From the NCBI GenBank assembly GCA_047602265.1, contig JASGHU010000001.1, forward strand, positions 1,154,346-1,218,345: 64,000 nt of DNA, read 5' to 3'. A program made the position numbers and the translations under genes. The notes below the pieces were generated by a model. It made no database searches. It was not told the DNA's origin and saw only the letters and a list, made by a program, of their open reading frames with translations. Origin of the DNA: Spongiibacteraceae bacterium. Lineage in GTDB: Bacteria > Pseudomonadota > Gammaproteobacteria > Pseudomonadales > CAMLJR01. Below are positions 7,826-19,793 of the stretch, in pieces (position 1 is the stretch's first letter; each line of letters begins with the position of its first letter).

Positions 7826-9555
7826 ATGAACGATACATACACGACATTCGCACACATGATTCGATTCGTTCGCTATTGCTTGCTGGTGTTGTGCTGTTGT
7901 GGCGCGGCAAGCGCGGCGGATTTCGATCACACCAAAACCGGATTTGCGCTGGAGGGGCCGCACGCACATATCGCCTGCGAAAGTTGTCACGTGCGCGGAC
8001 AATTCAAAGGTACACCGCGCAATTGTGCGGGTTGTCATACGCCGGGAACGATGGTTTCAGCATCGGCAAAATCGCCGAAGCACATTAATTCGACGGCCGA
8101 TTGCGCAGCGTGTCATCGCAGTGTGACGAGTTGGGATTCTGTCACGCGCGTCGATCACACGGCCGTGCTCGGTAATTGCGGCAGTTGTCATAACAATCGT
8201 CTGGTCGCAGGTAAACCGGCGGGACATATTCAGTCGGGCGACGATTGCAAATCCTGTCATAACACCAGTTTGTGGAGCGCTGCAGGTTTTGATCACACCG
8301 GCATCACCGGCAATTGTGTGAGCTGTCATAACGGTCAAACCGCGCCGGGTAAATCGGCGGATCACGTCACCGCGAGCAATACTTGCGAGAGTTGTCATTC
8401 AACGCGCGCATGGTTGCCGGCGCGTTTCGATCACGCGGGTATTTCGAGTAATTGCGTGAGCTGCCATAACGGCACGCGCTTCACCGGAAAATCGAGCAGC
8501 CATATCGCGTCGTCAAATCTTTGCGAGTCTTGTCACGGCACTGCGATGTGGGTGCCGGCAACGCATGTCGATCACACACAGGTGACGGGTTCGTGCGCGA
8601 GTTGCCATAACGGCACGATTACGACGGGAAAAAATCCGACGCACATCGCGAGCACCAATGCGTGCGAAGCGTGTCATTCGACGAGTGTGTGGAGTCCGGT
8701 GACGCGTGTCGATCACGCGCAAGTGACCGGTTCGTGTTCGAGTTGCCATAACGGCGTCAAAGCCACGGGAAAAAATCCAACACACATCGCCAGCACGAAT
8801 ACTTGTCAGGCGTGTCACTCGGTGAGCGTGTGGAATCCTGCAACGCGTGTCGATCACACGCAGGTGACGGGTTCGTGCGCGAGTTGCCACAACGGCACCA
8901 CGGCAATTGGAAAATCGCCGAGCCATATCGCCACCAATTCGAGTTGCGATTTATGCCATACCACGAGTGCGTGGTCGCCGACGCATTTCGATCACAGCGG
9001 CGTTAGCGGAACGTGCGCGAGTTGTCACAACGGCACCACCGCGACGGGAAAATCACCGAGCCATATCAGTACGACATCGAATTGCGATTTATGTCATACC
9101 ACGAGCGCGTGGTCGCCAACGCATTTCAATCACAGCGGTGTCACGGGTACGTGCGCGAGTTGCCATAACGGCACCACCGCCACGGGAAAAAGCCCGACCC
9201 ATATTGCGAGCACCAATGCGTGCGAAGCGTGTCACTCGACCGCAGGTTGGAGTCCGGCAACACGCGTCGATCACACGCAGGTCACCGGTTCGTGTTCGAG
9301 TTGCCACAACGGCACCACGGCAACTGGTAAATCGCTCACGCATCCGGGCACCACAAATACCTGCGATGCCTGCCACAGCACCACTGCGTGGTCGCCGCTG
9401 CGGCGCATGGATCACACGCAATTATTGTCGACCACGCGCTGCGATAGCTGTCACTTGAACGATAAGCCGCGCGATCATCCAAGCACGGGCGGCAAAGATT
9501 GCGGCGCGTCGGGTTGTCACGGCACCGCGCACAATTACACGTCGTGGAGCAGGTA

Positions 9556-9556
<1 letters not shown>
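7826..9556 (+). CDS. 22-heme (plus one CX4CH site) c-type cytochrome: an N-terminal c7-like triheme followed by ten tandem di-heme units
   Basis: I counted 22 CXXCH motifs plus CGASGCH near the C-terminus. The unit motif is (R/H)(V/F)DH..V.G.C.SCHNG..A.GK...HI.....C..CH....W.P. A signal peptide is present (MIRFVRYCLLVLCCCGAASA|AD). Confidence 0.9.
8144..9454 (+). repeat. Intragenic tandem repeat array, period 138-141 bp (46-47 aa, two heme sites per unit), about 10 units
   Basis: The unit anchor residue, Asp in nine units and Asn at 435, falls at residues 110, 156, 202, 249, 296, 343, 389, 435, 482 and 529. The adjacent units 8909-9046 and 9047-9184 match at about 118 of 138 positions by manual alignment. 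Confidence 0.85.
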
Positions 9557-11770
<2,214 letters not shown>

Positions 11771-11772
<2 letters not shown>

Positions 11773-11791
11773 GGCGGAGTATTTCCGCCTC
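11771..11791 (+). terminator. Stem-loop at the operon end (8-bp perfect stem GAGGCGGA/TCCGCCTC, 5-nt loop), no U-tract
   Basis: The hairpin starts within the TGA stop of the last gene of the cytochrome operon. The lack of a T-run makes intrinsic termination uncertain. Confidence 0.45.
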
Positions 11792-11864
11792 GGTGTGATC
11801 GCGGCCAATTCAAGCCGCCGCGTTTTGTCAGCGACAAATGTTTTGTCGGTGATGTCGGTAATAA

Positions 11865-12566
11865 TTATTGCGCCGGTGTTTCACGCGGAATAATTTTAAT
11901 TTCAACGCGACGGTTTTGCGCGCGCCCTTCAGCGGTTTTGTTATCCGCAATCGGTTGGCTTGCGCCCATGCCGATCGCTTGCATGCGCTCGTGATCGACG
12001 CCCTGCGCCGTCAGATAAACGACAACGGCATTGGCGCGATTCACTGACAATTGTTGGTTGTATGCCGCAGCGCCAGTGCTATCGGTATGGCCGATAATCT
12101 GTACCGTGGTGTCGGGATAGCTTTTCAGCGAAGTTGCCACATCGTTGAGCGGGCCATAAAAATTCGAGGTCAGTTGCGCGCTGTTGGTGGCGAAGCTGAT
12201 CGCATTCGGTACGACCAGATTGATCGTGTCGCCCTGACGCTGGACTTCAACGCCGGAATTTTCCAACTGTTTGCGCAGTTCCGCTTCTTGTTTATCCGCG
12301 CGATGACCGATTGCCGCGCCGATACCGCCACCGGCCGCTGCGCCGATCAAAGCGCCTTTGCCGCGATCGTGCTTGCTCGAAACCGCTGCGCCGAGAATTG
12401 CACCGGCAACAGCGCCGATGCTGGCATCTTTAGTAGTGTTGGATACCTTGCGATCGCCGGTATTGGGGTCGGTGGTCATGCAGCCGGCAAGCAGGGCGGC
12501 GGTCACGAATCCCACTGCGAGTGCGCGCGGTTTACGAATAAATGATGCGGTGGCCGTGGAGGTCAT
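11865..12566 (-). CDS. OmpA-family (OmpA/MotB C-terminal domain) lipoprotein with a glycine-zipper segment
   Basis: A lipoprotein signal is present (MTSTATASFIRKPRALAVGFVTAALLAG|C) with an AGGAAA RBS. The Gly-zipper reads GAVAGAILGAA...GAAAGGGIGAAIG. The OmpA_C motif reads IIGHTDSTGAAAYNQQLSVNRANAV...NRRVEI. The ORF continues upstream to 12758 (see findings). Confidence 0.8.
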   Translation of the reverse strand: MTSTATASFIRKPRALAVGFVTAALLAGCMTTDPNTGDRKVSNTTKDASIGAVAGAILGAAVSSKHDRGKGALIGAAAGGGIGAAIGHRADKQEAELRKQLENSGVEVQRQGDTINLVVPNAISFATNSAQLTSNFYGPLNDVATSLKSYPDTTVQIIGHTDSTGAAAYNQQLSVNRANAVVVYLTAQGVDHERMQAIGMGASQPIADNKTAEGRAQNRRVEIKIIPRETPAQ

Positions 12567-12830
12567 GGATGTTTTCCTATGGGCTGAAAATTTCGATGGG
12601 TGTTTGCTGGTGCAATTTGGATTGCGCGGTGCCGCGCTAGGTTCCTGTCGAATTGTGCAAACATTTTGCGACTCGGCGCCTTTCGCTAATGCAATTGCGA
12701 GTACCGCAAAAGCGCGGGTGGTGTCGGCGCTGCGCGTGGTTCTGCCGGTTTTCATCATTGTTCTCCTGACGACAGTGAGTTCGACGCGGTAGGTTTTTAC
12801 CGTTGTCGATTCGGGCCTGTTGTCTGGAGA

Positions 12831-13637
12831 TTAGTTGGCAGAATCTGAATCGGCGCTGAATGCGATGGCGACGTTTTGCTGCAAGTGCTGAGGGTTAATG
12901 GTGCCGACGATGATGCTGGTTACGCCCGGTTGTTTGAGTACGTTGCGCAATGCGCTGGCCGTATCCGTCGTGTGGCCCGAAGCGAAGGCTTTTTTAATCA
13001 GTACGCCTTTGCGGTGCGCGGCGCAGTAATCGAGCACGGGCCGCTCATCGGTGTATTCGCTGTTGTAGGTCGCCATAACGGCGTCGCTATGCTGCGCTGC
13101 GGCAATACCGCCAGCGACGGTTTTGGTCGACATACCGTAAGCGCGAATGAGCCCTTCCTGTTTGCAGCGCGCTAACACATTTAGTGCTTCACCGTTGTCG
13201 ATGATCGACAAATCGTTGCCGTCGGAGTGAATCAATACGATGTCGAGATAGTCAGTTTGCAAGCGTTGCAAACTGCGCTCGATGCTGCGGCGGGTGTGCG
13301 CAGCACTAAAATCGAAATGCGATACGCCGTTGTCAAATTCTTCACCGACCTTGGTGCAGATCACCCAGTCATGGCGCTGTCCGCGCAATAAATTGCCGAG
13401 ACGTTCTTCGCTGCTGCCATACGCGGGGGCAGTATCGATTAAATTGATGCCGAGCGCGTGCGCGTGCGCGATTAAATCGGCAGCGGCGTTATCGTCGGGA
13501 ATTTGAAAGCTGGTCGGATATTTAACGCTGGTATTGCGCCCGAGTTTTACCGTGCCCAAACCGAGTGGGCTTAAATACAATTCGGTGCTGCCGAATTGCC
13601 GATGCAAATTGTGCAAGCTGATCTTGTCGTCGCTCAC
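12831..13637 (-). CDS. Aldo/keto reductase
   Basis: AKR motifs are present (LGLGT..LG, IDTAPAYGSSEERLG, ICTKVG). GTG at 13637 has a GAGGA RBS and avoids overlap with the upstream gene. The ORF-track start is 13709. Confidence 0.8.
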   Translation of the reverse strand: MSDDKISLHNLHRQFGSTELYLSPLGLGTVKLGRNTSVKYPTSFQIPDDNAAADLIAHAHALGINLIDTAPAYGSSEERLGNLLRGQRHDWVICTKVGEEFDNGVSHFDFSAAHTRRSIERSLQRLQTDYLDIVLIHSDGNDLSIIDNGEALNVLARCKQEGLIRAYGMSTKTVAGGIAAAQHSDAVMATYNSEYTDERPVLDYCAAHRKGVLIKKAFASGHTTDTASALRNVLKQPGVTSIIVGTINPQHLQQNVAIAFSADSDSAN

Positions 13638-13651
13638 CGCGCCATCCTCGT

Positions 13652-14884
13652 TTAAAACGCCAATTCCCAGCAGGGTTTGGCGATGCGTGGTGCGGGTAAA
13701 TCGGCGCATGCGGCAGGAAGCGGTGGCGCCTTGGTGTCGAACAGCGATGCAGCTTCGCTATTTAACAGCGCTTCGACTTCATCGGCCATATTGGGTGCCA
13801 GTGTTAATTTGGTCGGCCAGGCGACGATGATATTGCGGTGATGGTCGGCAAAGCTCGCAAACGCTTTGTCGGGTTTAACGAGACCTTTTTGTTTTGGCTC
13901 GGCGCGATCGATGCGCAGCGTTGCCCATTGCGCTTTGTCATCGAGAGCGGTGGGACCGAAATTCACCCACGGAAATAAATCGCACAATTCATTTCTGGCA
14001 GCGTCGATCAATTGTCCCTCGGATAACTCGACGCCTTCAGTGGCGAGATCGCCGCCCAGATACCAGACCCACTGACCATCGCGCAAACGATGGCTCGAAA
14101 TGGTCAAGCGCGGCGATGGATTCGCGCCGGTGCAATGCGCATACAGCGCATGCGGGTACGCGTGTTTGACCAGTGCCTGATGCAGCGGTCGCCGCTGCAT
14201 TTCGGGTTTCTTGCAGCCGATTTCGCCGAGCAGCGCCGCGTTGCCGGCGCCGGCGCTGAACACGAAAGCTTGTGCGTTGCAGCGAATCGAATCGGCGCCG
14301 CAGTTAGCAATCAAAGCGGTGACTTTGCCGCGTGCATCGCGATCGAACGTGAGGCTTTCTTTGTCGACATGAAAAATACTGCCGCGTGCATTGGCGGCAA
14401 GTTTGCTCAATACCGATGGCACATCGAGCACCAGATCGACGAGGCGATACACGTTGCCGCGAAATGCCGGATTTTGAAAAATCGGATGGCGTTCGTCGGC
14501 GCCGACGCTATCGACGCGACCGCGTGTCATCTTGCTGGCAAAAAATGAGGTGAGCCGCGACGCGATGGTGTCGCTCGACCACAGATAAAAGTGATCGCTC
14601 AGAATATTCGCGCCGCGCAAATCGACATCGCCTTCGCCCTGCAGGCAGCGGCGCCAATGTGCAGGCATATCGGCGATGGCTTCGGACGAGCCGGTCAGCG
14701 CACCGCTCAACGCGTATTTGATACCGCCGTGAATCATGCCCTGCGAATTCACGCTCTGCTGGCTGCCCAGTGCTTCGTGCTCGAACAGTACCGCGTTGTA
14801 GCCGCGCGAGCGCAGCCGATTGAGCAGCCACAAGCCGCCGATGCCGCCGCCGATAATGGCGATATCCACGTCGAATGCGAACAA
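13652..14884 (-). CDS. FAD-dependent oxidoreductase (DAO/GR2-type)
   Basis: An N-terminal dinucleotide fold is present (DIAIIGGGIGGLWLLNRL). The product is about 410 aa and the gene forms an operon with the AKR gene. The start codon is TTG. Confidence 0.8.
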   Translation of the reverse strand: MFAFDVDIAIIGGGIGGLWLLNRLRSRGYNAVLFEHEALGSQQSVNSQGMIHGGIKYALSGALTGSSEAIADMPAHWRRCLQGEGDVDLRGANILSDHFYLWSSDTIASRLTSFFASKMTRGRVDSVGADERHPIFQNPAFRGNVYRLVDLVLDVPSVLSKLAANARGSIFHVDKESLTFDRDARGKVTALIANCGADSIRCNAQAFVFSAGAGNAALLGEIGCKKPEMQRRPLHQALVKHAYPHALYAHCTGANPSPRLTISSHRLRDGQWVWYLGGDLATEGVELSEGQLIDAARNELCDLFPWVNFGPTALDDKAQWATLRIDRAEPKQKGLVKPDKAFASFADHHRNIIVAWPTKLTLAPNMADEVEALLNSEAASLFDTKAPPLPAACADLPAPRIAKPCWELAF

Positions 14885-15070
14885 GGTGATTTCCCGGAAA
14901 GATGAAACTGGCGCGCAGTATAGCGCGGTCGAAAGCGCTGGCGTGCTTATCGAGGCATCTCTTTTGTCGGGAGATGTTGCTTATCGCATAGCCTCTATTG
15001 TTGAGCCGGATCGCTTATCGAGTAACATGGCGCGCACTAATTCATTCGCATAAATACATCGTCACGGAGC

Positions 15071-16363
15071 ATGCCCACACCGATGGCTCGTCTGCTTTAT
15101 ACCGCGCTGTTTTATTTATCGTTGCCGCTGATCGTGGCGCGGCTCTGGTGGCGCGGTCGTCGTGCGCCGGCATATCGGCAGCGCATCGCGGAACGCTTCG
15201 GTTATTTTTCGCAGCAGGTTGCGCCCAGCGGAATTTGGGTGCACGCGGTATCGGTCGGCGAAGTGATTGCAGCGGCGTCGTTGGTGCGAGCGTTATTGCA
15301 GCGTCATCCCAACGTGCCAATCACAATAACCACGATGACGCCGACCGGCTCCGAGCGCGTACGCGATCTGTTCAGCAAAGAGCTGCTCACTCATTCGGTA
15401 TTTCACGTCTATGCGCCCTACGATGTGCCGCATTGCCTCGCGCGTTTTTTGCAACGTGTGCAGCCGCGTCTGTTAATTATTATCGAAACCGAATTGTGGC
15501 CGAATACCGTGCACGCCTGCGCGATGCGCAATATTCCCGTGGTGCTCGCGAATGCACGGTTGTCGGAAAAATCGGCGCGCGGTTATGGCCGTTTTCGTGC
15601 GCTGACGACACCGATGTTGCGCGAGCTTGATAAAGTCGTTGCGCAAAATGCCGACGACGGTGCGCGCTTCGTTGCACTCGGGCTGCCGCAGAAAAATCTC
15701 GCCATATCCGGCAGTATCAAATTCGATATCTCGCTCGATGCGGAATTGATGGCGCGAGCGCAACAGATGCGCGTTGAGTGGCGCAGTGAAAATCGTTTTA
15801 CTTGGATTGCTGCGAGCACGCATGTGGGTGAAGATGAAATCGTGCTGCAGGCGCATCGCCAATTGCGTGCGCAATATCCCGATGCATTATTGATTTTGGT
15901 GCCGCGCCATCCCGAACGCTTCAACGACGTTGCCGCATTCATCGAAAAAAATAATTTTGCCTTTGTGCGGCGCTCTGCAGGGCCGACAATTGCCGGCGAT
16001 TGTGCCGTATTGCTCGGCGATACCATGGGCGAATTATTGTTTTTGCTTGGTTGCGCCGATTGTGCGTTCGTCGGCGGCAGTTTGATCGCGCGCGGTGGGC
16101 ACAACACGCTTGAGCCGGCGGCGTGGGGTTTGCCGATCATTACCGGGCCGAGCGATTTTAATTTTCGCGAAATTTCTGCGCTGCTGCAGCGCGATGGCGC
16201 GTTGAAAATGGTTGCGAATGAAAATGCGCTGGCTGGTGAATTAATTGCGTTGGCGGGAAATGCTGAATTGCGCTCGCAGCGCGGTGGTGCAGCCAAGCAG
16301 GTTGTTGCTGCGAATCGCGGTGCGCTCGAAAAATTAATTCGCGAAATTGAAGGTTATTTATAA
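15071..16363 (+). CDS. waaA: 3-deoxy-D-manno-octulosonic acid (Kdo) transferase
   Basis: The 430-aa product shows WaaA/KdtA hallmarks (RFGY....G.IWVHAVSVGEV, ITTMTPTGSERV, VPRHPERF, GGSL...GGHN.LEPAA). Confidence 0.9.
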   Translation: MPTPMARLLYTALFYLSLPLIVARLWWRGRRAPAYRQRIAERFGYFSQQVAPSGIWVHAVSVGEVIAAASLVRALLQRHPNVPITITTMTPTGSERVRDLFSKELLTHSVFHVYAPYDVPHCLARFLQRVQPRLLIIIETELWPNTVHACAMRNIPVVLANARLSEKSARGYGRFRALTTPMLRELDKVVAQNADDGARFVALGLPQKNLAISGSIKFDISLDAELMARAQQMRVEWRSENRFTWIAASTHVGEDEIVLQAHRQLRAQYPDALLILVPRHPERFNDVAAFIEKNNFAFVRRSAGPTIAGDCAVLLGDTMGELLFLLGCADCAFVGGSLIARGGHNTLEPAAWGLPIITGPSDFNFREISALLQRDGALKMVANENALAGELIALAGNAELRSQRGGAAKQVVAANRGALEKLIREIEGYL

Positions 16364-16377
16364 ACAGAAGTTTTGAA

Positions 16378-16412
16378 AATCATTGCGCCGAGTAGCGCTC
16401 GACGCAATGATT
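16378..16412. terminator. Hairpin between convergent waaA and tolC (10-bp arms AATCATTGCG/CGCAATGATT)
   Basis: The inverted repeat was read directly. It lies in the 55-nt gap between two convergent stops. No clear U-tracts are present. Confidence 0.45.
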
Positions 16413-16418
16413 GGCGAA

Positions 16419-17927
16419 TTAACGTTTTTTCCTTTCGGTTTTCTTGTCGGTGTTTTCGTCCGGCGTTTTGTCTTCAGTAATCGTGTACGTGCTCGCTTTC
16501 GGCGAATCGGGTGCGACCAGCCAATCGTTCAAGTCATTAATATCCTGCGGGCTCAGCGTGCCGGCTACCTGTTTCAAGCGCAGCATGTCGAGCACATAAT
16601 CGTAGCGCGCGTTGGCGTAATCGCGTTGTGCTGCAAAAAATACGCGTTGCGTTTGCAGCACATCGACGATATTGCGCGTGCCGACTTCGTAACCGGCTTT
16701 CGTCGCATCGAGCGCGCTTTGCGCGGAGATAATCGATTGCGCGCGCGCTTTCACCCGTTGTACATCGGTGTTGGCGGCGATATGCCGGGCGCGTGTACCT
16801 TGAATGACGGAGCGCTCGGTATCGGTTTTGCGTTCGAGCGTAGCGCTGTATTGCGCGGCTGCCTGACGCTGCGCCGAACTGGTATAACCGCCGCTGTAAA
16901 TCGGTACGGTCAAATTCAGCATGGCGGCTTTGGTGTCGGTTTGGGCATCGGGCGGAAAACTGAGTAGAGACTGCGGATTGGTGTCGGTAGTGCCGCTGAC
17001 ATCATCGTGTTTGTAGCTCAGGCTGCCGGTGAGCTTTGGAGCATGTTCCCAGCGTTTTGATGCCGCGTTTTCTTCGGCTGCTTCCATCGCGTAACGCGCA
17101 GCTTTCAACGCGTAATTGCCATTGAGTGCAAAGTTAACCCACTCGGCGCGATCGTTCGGTGCTGGTTCAGTGACGGGAAATTCTTTATTCAGCAACGATA
17201 AGTTTGCGTGCGGTTGTCCGGTGAATGTGCTGAGGGTTTCGTAGGCGCTGGCGAGTGCGCCTTCATCGGTGAGTCGCGATGCATAACTCGCATCGTAAGC
17301 AGCGCGCGCTTCGTGCACATCGGTAATCGCGACGAGGCCGACATCGAAACGCTGTTGCGCCTGTTCGAGTTGGCGTTTATCGGCGCGCTCTTCGGCGAGT
17401 GCAACTTGTAAATTGTCCCATTGTCGCAACACGGTGAAATACGCTTCGGCGACACGCACGATTAAATCCTGCTGATCGGCACTGAATTGCGCTTTGGCCT
17501 GCTCGCTGACAACGCGTCCGCTTTTAAACGAAAACCACGACGGCATATCGAATAATGCCTGAGTAAGACTTACGCCCCAGCTTTTGTCCGTGGTATCGGT
17601 TTGCGTGTTGACCTTGCTGCTGGTGAGGTCAAAAAGACTGCTGCCAGTCAGTGATTGGCTGTCTTGATCGCGATCGACTTTGCCGTAGCTCGCCTCGCCA
17701 TTCAGTTGCGGCAGCAAGCGCGATTTAGCTTGCTGTTCGGTTTCCAAATTCGCTTTGTACGTAGCCTCGGCCGCTTTCAATTTGGCATCGTTTTTTATCG
17801 CCAATTCATAAATATCGCGCAGCGAGTCGGCGTATGCGTGCGTGCCGGTCAGCAGACTGCAGCAAAGCGCTGCGCTTATGCTGCTGAGTCGAATCGTCTT
17901 GAGTCGAAAGCGCGAGATCCTGTTCAT
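16419..17927 (-). CDS. tolC: TolC-family outer-membrane efflux channel
   Basis: A signal peptide precedes the TolC N-terminal motif (SLRDIYELAIKNDAKLKAAEATYKA...LPQL). Two repeated alpha/beta halves are present, and there is a charged C-terminal tail. Confidence 0.9.
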   Translation of the reverse strand: MNRISRFRLKTIRLSSISAALCCSLLTGTHAYADSLRDIYELAIKNDAKLKAAEATYKANLETEQQAKSRLLPQLNGEASYGKVDRDQDSQSLTGSSLFDLTSSKVNTQTDTTDKSWGVSLTQALFDMPSWFSFKSGRVVSEQAKAQFSADQQDLIVRVAEAYFTVLRQWDNLQVALAEERADKRQLEQAQQRFDVGLVAITDVHEARAAYDASYASRLTDEGALASAYETLSTFTGQPHANLSLLNKEFPVTEPAPNDRAEWVNFALNGNYALKAARYAMEAAEENAASKRWEHAPKLTGSLSYKHDDVSGTTDTNPQSLLSFPPDAQTDTKAAMLNLTVPIYSGGYTSSAQRQAAAQYSATLERKTDTERSVIQGTRARHIAANTDVQRVKARAQSIISAQSALDATKAGYEVGTRNIVDVLQTQRVFFAAQRDYANARYDYVLDMLRLKQVAGTLSPQDINDLNDWLVAPDSPKASTYTITEDKTPDENTDKKTERKKR

Positions 17928-18279
17928 GCGAAAGCCCTTGTTATTGAATATCTATCTAATCTGCACGTTGCAGTGCGATGTTTGTGGCGACGCAGTGTAA
18001 CAAATAGACACCGATGCGCGCATGCCGTACGCGACGCAAACGCAATTGTCGGTACAGGAAATAATGGCAAGCTGTGTTAGGCTTGATTGGCGACGGCACA
18101 GATTTTTGAAAGCGTCATCTAAAGGGAGGGCGACGGCGTATTCTGTTGCGCGGTAGCAGAGATATCGAGTGGAAGGAGAGTTGCATACTCGATGTTGTTG
18201 AAGTTGGTGCTGATTTTCTGTGTGAGCAAATGCGGTAGACGGTTTTACACAAATGCGAATACAACATTGGTAATTAACA

Positions 18280-18774
18280 GTGGGAATACATCCTTCCAAT
18301 ACCTTAACAACGCGCGCCCAGTTTGCACGGCCTCGAATCAAGTCGCGCTATTGCGTCGATCTCGCTGCGAGTCACGCCGAATGTGAAGCCAATTATTGGC
18401 GGCTGCAGCGATTGCTGCGCGCATTTCAGGCAGACGAACGCAGTTTCGCGATAGGCGATCATTTGCAGCTGCACATCAGCGTCACCGAACGCAGTCCCTA
18501 TACGACATTCATCGATATAGAGCAGGCACAGACGGCGATTCCCGCACTCGCTTCAAATGTGAGCGTGCGTGTCTATCACGATGCGCAGATGGCCGAGGTG
18601 GTTGCGTTTGCGCATCTGCAGCGCATCTTGCCGCACTACGATTACCCCAATCCGGACATGCACCAGCCGGACGAAAAAGCGCAGTGGAACCGTTTTCTCG
18701 GCGAGTGGTTGAGTCACTGTCTCCAGCATGGAGTGCCGATCGACCGGCCTTTGTCAGAATTTTGTGAACTCTGA
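18280..18774 (+). CDS. yqiB: DUF1249 (YqiB-like) protein
   Basis: The product is collinear with E. coli YqiB (CE.NY..L.RLL, VR.YHDA.MAEV, YDYPN...HQ.DEK.Q.N.FL.EWL..CL.HG). The gene sits upstream of cpdA as in enterics. The GTG start is uncertain. Confidence 0.75.
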   Translation: MGIHPSNTLTTRAQFARPRIKSRYCVDLAASHAECEANYWRLQRLLRAFQADERSFAIGDHLQLHISVTERSPYTTFIDIEQAQTAIPALASNVSVRVYHDAQMAEVVAFAHLQRILPHYDYPNPDMHQPDEKAQWNRFLGEWLSHCLQHGVPIDRPLSEFCEL

Positions 18775-18875
18775 CCGGCTGAAGTGTTATCTCTTCCCTG
18801 GCATGACACCCTTTTGACGGTTATAACTTAAGCAACCTCGAAATCCCGATTGATCGTGAGAAGCCTGGATTTATT

Positions 18876-19685
18876 GTGATTAGTCCTACCAATCGACACG
18901 CACCGCTGCGCGCGGTCCAGATTACCGATTGCCATTTAGGCGAGCGTGTCGGTTCGCGTTTATTGAATCTGGATACCGATCGCAGTTTGGCAGCGGTGCT
19001 GGAGCTGGTGCGCGCGCAGCAACCGCGTATCGATATTGCGCTGGCAACCGGCGATTTATCCGATCAGGGCAGCGCTGCGGCGTATCGACGTTTTTTCAAT
19101 GCGACGCGCGATCTCAGCGCGCAGACTTGCTGGTTGCCCGGCAATCACGACGATGCGGCGATGATGCGGCGCGCGATGGGCGGCGATGCGTTATTGCCGC
19201 GCAATGTAATGCTCGGCAATTGGCAAATTATTTTGCTGAACTCAGCGGTGCCCGGCGAGGTCGGCGGTTATTTGGATGAGGCCGAGCTGGTGGCATTGCG
19301 CAATTGTCTGCGGCAGGCGCCCAATCATTTCGCCCTGATCTGCGTGCACCACCATTTGCTACCGGTCGGCTGCGAGTGGCTCGATGCGCAAGTGATCGCC
19401 AATGCTGCAAGATTTTGGTCGATCGTCGATGAGTTCCCGCAGGTGCGCGTGGTGTTATCGGGGCACGTGCATCAGCGTTTCGAAGCGCGCCGCAATCACG
19501 TGCAGGTGCTGACTTCGCCGTCCACCTGCGTGCAATTCGCTCCGAACAGTGTCGATTTTTGTGTGGATACCGAATCGCCTGGCTATCGTTGGTTCGATTT
19601 GCACGACGATGGTCATTTTGAAACACAGGTCGAGCGCGTTACCGCTGTCAATTTTGAAGTGGACATGACCGCGACGGGTTATTAA
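18876..19685 (+). CDS. cpdA: 3',5'-cyclic-nucleotide (cAMP) phosphodiesterase
   Basis: Metallophosphoesterase motifs are present (QITDCHL, TGDLSDQGS, LPGNHD, VHHH, SGHVH) in CpdA order. Confidence 0.85.
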   Translation: MISPTNRHAPLRAVQITDCHLGERVGSRLLNLDTDRSLAAVLELVRAQQPRIDIALATGDLSDQGSAAAYRRFFNATRDLSAQTCWLPGNHDDAAMMRRAMGGDALLPRNVMLGNWQIILLNSAVPGEVGGYLDEAELVALRNCLRQAPNHFALICVHHHLLPVGCEWLDAQVIANAARFWSIVDEFPQVRVVLSGHVHQRFEARRNHVQVLTSPSTCVQFAPNSVDFCVDTESPGYRWFDLHDDGHFETQVERVTAVNFEVDMTATGY

Positions 19686-19793
19686 TTCTCCCGGGCCATC
19701 ATACCCAGCGCGGCATCTCGCGATTTGTTTTCGCATTCGAAGCATCTGCTGCCTACACTTCTCAGTGTCTGTCCAATCACAGTAAATAAGCTC

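Noticed and set aside
8144-9454. Regularly spaced DNA repeats considered as a possible CRISPR array or other non-coding repeat locus
   Set aside because: The period is 138-141 bp, the repeats are imperfect and continuous with no unique spacers, and they lie in one long open frame encoding heme-binding units. This is protein-level tandem duplication.
17928-18279. A search for a degraded nudF gene or small RNA in the 352-bp tolC-yqiB gap
   Set aside because: I could find no Nudix-box-like translation in any frame and no convincing terminator or promoter pair. I leave it as plain intergenic DNA, and the absence of nudF is noted under the synteny finding.
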